This document shows positions 51,880 to 57,691 of a DNA stretch of 57,691 nucleotides, one piece after another. A program made the position numbers and the translations under genes. The notes under the pieces were generated by a model. The model saw nothing but the letters and a program-made list of their open reading frames with translations, had not been told where the DNA came from and ran no database searches. Each line of letters starts with the position of its first letter. Within the stretch, counting starts at the first letter, position 1. This DNA comes from Octopus bimaculoides (taxonomy: Eukaryota): positions 25,351,132-25,408,822 of the forward strand of contig NC_068992.1 in NCBI RefSeq assembly GCF_001194135.2, in the 5' to 3' direction.

Positions 51880-52200
51880 CATATCAGTTTGAGTTCTTTA
51901 CCCGAATAAGAGTAACTCGATGTCTTGCTAACTGGTACCAGGTAAAAGAACGTTGAAATGCGCCAAAAGAGGAATAAAGCTTGAGAAAAGAGACAAGATA
52001 GCAGCAGAAATGAACAATAAATAAGGCTGGAGATATTTTGGAAAAGGGGAGAGTTGAACGTGTGGTTGATTTATCAGTAAGAAGTGATGTGGGGTCTAGA
52101 TTGGGGTTGTTTCGATTGTATAGTAAATTAGAAAATACGATGGATTTCTAGCACGAGGTTTTGTTTAAGCTTTGGCTACTGAGGAACTGTAAATATACAT
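51880..52200 (-). mobile_element. Possible decayed LINE (CR1/L2-type) apurinic-endonuclease fragment
   Basis: Minus strand IYSSSVAK... followed by IPLLAHFNV, resembling the APE motif I..GDFN.H. Very degenerate. Confidence 0.3.
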
Positions 52201-52536
52201 CTACCTCCTAAGGAGCAATACATGTTTGCAATTAGGTACATAATTCTGATTGCAAAGTGATCGAAATCATTTTAAAATAATCGGTCTTAAAGTTTAGTTT
52301 CGGATCAACACACGTATTGTACACAGGTCTCGCTGTCTCAAGGACACCACCTTAGGAAAAAAAGAAAGGAAAGAAAACAAAAACACAAGGGTTTCTATCG
52401 TAGGTTAATGATTTTTAATCAGTAATATACACTATATTTTAAGTTTATTATCAGTCCATCTATCTATTCATCTTTCCACCTATCTACCCCACCTCTCTCT
52501 CTATTTCTCTTTCCTCTCTCTCTCTCTATCTTTCTC

Positions 52537-52568
<32 letters not shown>

Positions 52569-52917
52569 CATATATATATACATATATATATATATACATA
52601 TATATATACATATATATATNNNNNNNNNNNNNNNNNNNNNNNNNNNNNNNNNNNNNNNNNNNNNNNNNNNNNNNNNNNNNNNNNNNNNNNNNNNNNNNNN
52701 NNNNNNNNNNNNNNNNNNNNNNNNNNNNNNNNNNNNNNNNNNNNNNNNNNNNNNNNNNNNNNNNNNNNNNNNNNNNNNNNNNNNNNNNNNNNNNNNNNNN
52801 NNNNNNNNNNNNNNNNNNNNNNNNNNNNNNNNNNNNNNNNNNNNNNNNNNNNNNNNNNNNNNNNNNNNNNNNNNNNNNNNNNNNNNNNNNNNNNNNNNNN
52901 NNNNNNNNNNNNNNNNN

Positions 52918-52937
52918 CACGACGGCTCTTCCGATCT
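52918..52937 (+). other. Illumina adapter remnant at a contig edge (artefact)
   Basis: CACGACGGCTCTTCCGATCT immediately follows the N run and equals the adapter end CACGACGCTCTTCCGATCT plus one G. Confidence 0.85.
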
Positions 52938-55477
52938 TGTATGCGCTTTCAGCCACACGAGTCTGATGTATCGCCTATACTGTTAAGCGCTGTATAGGTG
53001 CGAAACCAATGATCACTCTATGATTGGCTATAACTTTTAACTTCCTAAAAATATATCCATATATACATAAAGTGCTATTCCGTACTTGTATAAACAGTAA
53101 TTATTCATTTTTCTGGTGTGAAATATAATTGGAGAAAAATTAGTTGTTTTTCATGTATTTTTATATGAGTAACAGCAAACTTGTCAGTATGTTCAGAATT
53201 GAATGTTTTGGAGCTATTAAATCCTAAAAATCTCTTAAGCATACAATGTCAGAAAGGCCCCATGCGTAATATCACAAGAGGCTGCTATATTTGTTGGGAA
53301 TACCTAGTCAAGACAGCCGATTTCCCGCTGGCTTAATATGAAGATTCAAATCAATTTCTCTCGTAGTTTCTTCACTTTGGATTTTCTGCGAGGTCATGCG
53401 ACGGTCATTGGCGTTAACTAGGCTTACTCATTTGACTAAATCATATTAACAATTTGCAATAGGTTATTTTGATAATAGCACGCAAATGGCATTATCCGAT
53501 AGCAATGTTGCAAGTCTTATCACAATTATTGGGATTTTTCTTTGAATGTAGGCTAATCGATATTTAACCTCTGCAAATTATTCTTACTGGAAATTACCGA
53601 TGATATTTTCATTTTGGAGTCGACACTGATAAAGAGAATTAATATTCTAAACCAAAACTATAGATATATCCTCAGGGGTTTCGTTAAGACAGCAATGAAA
53701 TTTCAATTGTCAATTAGAAATTGAAACAACTATTGTTATATTTGATAATTATGGAAATGTGAAATTATGGAGAATGTCATTGAACGATGGTAAGACTCAC
53801 AATTAAAAGGCAAAATAAATTCTGAATAATGTGCTGCATAAAAGAATAAGACAGGAAGCGCTTTATCATTGCAACAATAATTACGAATCATTAAAGAATA
53901 TTTATAGAAATCAATAAAATATCCGGTGATAAACTGATATATTTACAGTGTCCAAAAGAGAAACCATTTCAAACAGATTCAAATATTTCCATCTTCTGAA
54001 ATTCTTATAAATATATTTGACACATGGGCATTATACAGCATATTAATGTACAGTGCATTTGAAATCTTTTTATAAAATGAATATCTTATTGATTTCAAAC
54101 ATTAGATTGCGGTCATCATGGGGCACCGTTGACCATATAACCAGCAGAGAAGTTTTCGATGGCAATTATAATACCTAGATATGTGAATCAAAGCATAATG
54201 CTACTTACCATTTATATTTAAGGAACATAGGAATATACCGGCCTACACCGGTAATCATAAACAGGTATACGTACACACATACATAAACATGCACATATAT
54301 ATATATATATATGCGTGTGGGTTAACTGACCCCCAAAGCAGTTAAACTTCTTAAAATACACGCGCATGCGCATGCGCACGCGCACTTACACACACACATG
54401 CCTGCACACTTACACAAAAATACACATATAGATATAATTTTCTTACTTTTAATGTTTATTTAATATTTTTTTGTAGGAACGATAAAATCTTTAACAATAT
54501 TTCAATGCGGTAGCGAAGATTTTGCTTTTGCTTGCTAAAGTGCTTTCCTACATCAATAGTTAGAACCATCAGGAAACATGTATATATATATATTGAAAAG
54601 CTTTAACTGACGAAAGTTTACATAACGGGAGCATTTTGTATTATGTATAATGCACTGAAACTTCCATATTAAATGATCGCTAAACTTTACTATTTGGCTT
54701 GACTTCATTGATACTATATATACATATATGTGTGTGTGTNNNNNNNNNNNNNNNNNNNNNNNNNNNNNNNNNNNNNNNNNNNNNNNNNNNNNNNNNNNNN
54801 NNNNNNNNNNNNNNNNNNNNNNNNNNNNNNNNNNNNNNNNNNNNNNNNNNNNNNNNNNNNNNNNNNNNNNNNNNNNNNNNNNNNNNNNNNNNNNNNNNNN
54901 NNNNNNNNNNNNNNNNNNNNNNNNNNNNNNNNNNNNNNNNNNNNNNNNNNNNNNNNNNNNNNNNNNNNNNNNNNNNNNNNNNNNNNNNNNNNNNNNNNNN
55001 NNNNNNNNNNNNNNNNNNNNNNNNNNNNNNNNNNNNNNNNNNNNNNNNNNNNNNNNNNNNNNNNNNNNNNNNNNNNNNNNNNNNNNNNNNNNNNNNNNNN
55101 NNNNNNNNNNNNNNNNNNNNNNNNNNNNNNNNNNNNNNNNNNNNNNNNNNNNNNNNNNNNNNNNNNNNNNNNNNNNNNNNNNNNNNNNNNNNNNNNNNNN
55201 NNNNNNNNNNNNNNNNNNNNNNNNNNNNNNNNNNNNNNNNNNNNNNNNNNNNNNNNNNNNNNNNNNNNNNNNNNNNNNNNNNNNNNNNNNNNNNNNNNNN
55301 NNNNNNNNNNNNNNNNNNNNNNNNNNNNNNNNNNNNNNNNNNNNNNNNNNNNNNNNNNNNTATATATATACATATATGTGTGTGTGTTTGTGTGTATAAT
55401 ATACGTATATATATTATTTGTGTACACATATGCATATATATATATGTATACATATGTGTGTGTATGTGTGTGTGTGA

Positions 55478-55508
<31 letters not shown>

Positions 55509-56110
55509 TGTGTATGTGTGTGTGACAGTGTGTTGTTGTTTTGAGTAAAGCACTACCACGGTTTGGGCTACCTGGTGTCATCCGCAGTTGGGGTATATTT
55601 CCGTCGGATCTATTTCAGGAGTTCCGATTAAGGAAACAGAAGACAAATTTGGCATTAGTCTTTATTGCGTACTTAAATATGTAGATATGCATGCATTGAA
55701 TGTATGTATGCATGTATGTACGTCTGCGTGTATGTATGTATGCATGTATGAAGGTTTGTGCATATGTGTATGTATGTAAGCATGTATACGAGTGTGTATG
55801 TATGTAGAGACACATATATCGATCTCTTCCGACGGGCAGACATATGTTGTCCTCTTTTGGCATAGATTGCCTGTGCTGATCAATCATGTTGCACTGACTG
55901 GCCAGTGAGTATGTTTATATCTATAAAAGCATAATAAACCAGAAGGAAACTTTTGATTATACCGACAAACGCATAAACAGCAGTCACTCACACGTGCGCC
56001 CACACATTCACAACTACATAAATTCACCGGCATATATGGACACACACACACACACACACGCACACGCACACATACATCCACACACACAAACAAAAAAATG
56101 AACATATATA

Positions 56111-56338
56111 CAGTAATCCCTTGGCTATCGCGGGTATTACGTTCCAGAATCCTCCGCGATAAGTGAAAATCCGTGAAGTAGTAACAGTACTGTAATGTGC
56201 ATTGGATTTTTTAATATTTTGATAATTCTTATATATTTATGTTATTACAAATGCAAAAAAAAACACCGCGGTGGAGTTAACGCAAACTTAAATAATACAC
56301 CAGGATAGGGGAACAGCGATATGGCCAGGGATTTACTG
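56111..56338. mobile_element. Tigger/pogo-like MITE
   Basis: TA then CAGTAATCCCTTGGCTATCGCGG; right end GCGATATGGCCAGGGATTTACTG. Subterminal GCGGG..GTTCCAG..CCGCG..AAAATCCG resembles Tigger/MER2 ends. Right flank is TT, not TA. Confidence 0.7.
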
Positions 56339-56740
56339 TTTGTGTTTATAATTGAACGGAATGGGTAGTTGCTTTATTAGTACTTTGAGTTAATCCATGT
56401 TCTGCCTCACCACATCGAATAATAGGGATCATATAGAAATGTTTAAGATAAACAACTGTATAGTATCTCCATGGATAGGTAAATACTGAGTTTCCACTTC
56501 AATGTATTTTCTAAAACATACATTTGTATGTGTGTGTATTTATATATTCATATACGTTCATATATACATAGACGTGTATATATAAATAATTATATAGTAA
56601 GATCTTCTATCTATAAATGTTCTATTTTATACACAGCTTTGGTTTTTTTATCTAATTACGAAAAGTAAATCCATATTTATATANNNNNNNNNNNNNNNNN
56701 NNNNNNNNNNNNNNNNNNNNNNNNNNNNNNNNNNNNNNNN

Positions 56741-56782
<42 letters not shown>

Positions 56783-56786
<4 letters not shown>

Positions 56787-57100
56787 CTTTCAAAATACAA
56801 AGACCTGGAAATAGAGATAACTCGAATGTGGAATCTAAAAACAGAAACAATTCCTATCATAGTAGGTGCCTTAGGTATAATAAAAAAAATATTCAGACAA
56901 ATACATAACAAAAACACCAGGACTTACAAATATATATAACATACAGAAAATTGCACTACTGGGTACTGCACACATTCTACGCAAAACACTTTCAATACAG
57001 TAAACATAAGAGCACCACAGCAAACCACAGCACCTACCCAAGGCGCACAGAGCTGCGCTCGGTAGTGAAGTGAAAGCACGTTATAAAAATAAAACTACTG
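56783..57100 (+). mobile_element. Young 3' end of an R4/Dong-like RLE retrotransposon embedded in (AAT)n
   Basis: KLSKYKDLEIEITRMWNLKTETIPIIVGALGIIKK, a +1 slip in the A-run at 56882-56889, then YSDKYITKTPGLTNIYNIQKIALLGTAHILRKTLSIQ* (stop 57001-57003). (AAT)n on both sides. Confidence 0.88.
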
Positions 57101-57129
57101 AATAATAATAATAATAATAATAACAATAG

Positions 57130-57602
57130 TACTTATATTGGAACCAAGCGACACCCCCAATATATACACTAACCGAACCAGTGTAGACCCCGCAAAACAA
57201 TATAGACTTTGTGATTGTAGAAATTGTAACAATTGTCTCTTTTGTAATAATTGCAATAAAAAAGAAATACGCTACCAATGTGTAGTAATTACTCAATCGA
57301 GTAACATGTTATATGTGGGGGCCACCCAAAACCATATGAAACGTAGACTGAATTACCATCAGTATACCTTCAGAAACAGAAATAGGAGGAATTCCACTGG
57401 TTTGAGTAATTATATAAGGGACCTTAAATATAAGGGTACTAGTTATGACCTCCATTCGAAAATTTTAGCCTCAGCCCCTGCGTATGATTTAAAGAATAAG
57501 AAATGTTTGTTGTGTATAAGTGAAATTCTATTTATATTAAAGGCCAACCTTTCTCTACTTAACAGTAAAAAAAAAAGAAAGAAAAGGGTTCTGCTTTCAT
57601 AA
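57130..57602 (+). mobile_element. Penelope-like GIY-YIG endonuclease 3' fragment
   Basis: CDCRNCNNCLFC...IRYQC...LYVGAT...KRRLNYH..TF....NSTGLSNYI..LK...KILASAPAY....CLLCISE.LFI. Confidence 0.85.
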
Positions 57603-57691
57603 GGTTAAATACACTTTCTCTAAATATCATTAATAGTAATTCTTATTAGTACTAGTACATCTTTCGATTATGACATTACTTTTTCCTGATC

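Noticed and set aside
55550-55690. WATWCHP resembling thioredoxin-like WATWCxPC
   Set aside because: The second Cys is absent, there is an in-frame stop just upstream with no usable acceptor, and no downstream fold motif.

Overview
AT-rich animal DNA from a gapped short-read scaffold, with many N runs flanked by (TA)n/(CA)n. The tRNA-derived SINE families and extreme microsatellite load resemble octopus; that assignment is inference from repeat families I recognise. I cannot support any host protein-coding gene: nearly all ORFs in the track are microsatellite or N artefacts, leaving only weak exon candidates near 2-3 kb and 17 kb. The window is a transposon landscape. It holds a full-length but dead mariner (43548-44831), mariner, Tigger and hAT MITEs, a 223-bp foldback, an RTE-like LINE remnant, two R4/Dong-like RLE retrotransposon pieces, three Penelope-like (GIY-YIG) remnants and about 20 SINE pieces built from shuffled modules. 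The most interesting signal is a set of dispersed minimal type-I hammerhead-ribozyme motifs (CUGANGA, extra A, helix II, GAAA, loop-less helix III). One looks structurally intact (47806-47845, minus strand). One sits directly behind a Pol III B-box-like motif in a SINE-like repeat (15701-15763). An Illumina adapter remnant (52918-52937) and a gap-flanking duplication are assembly artefacts.
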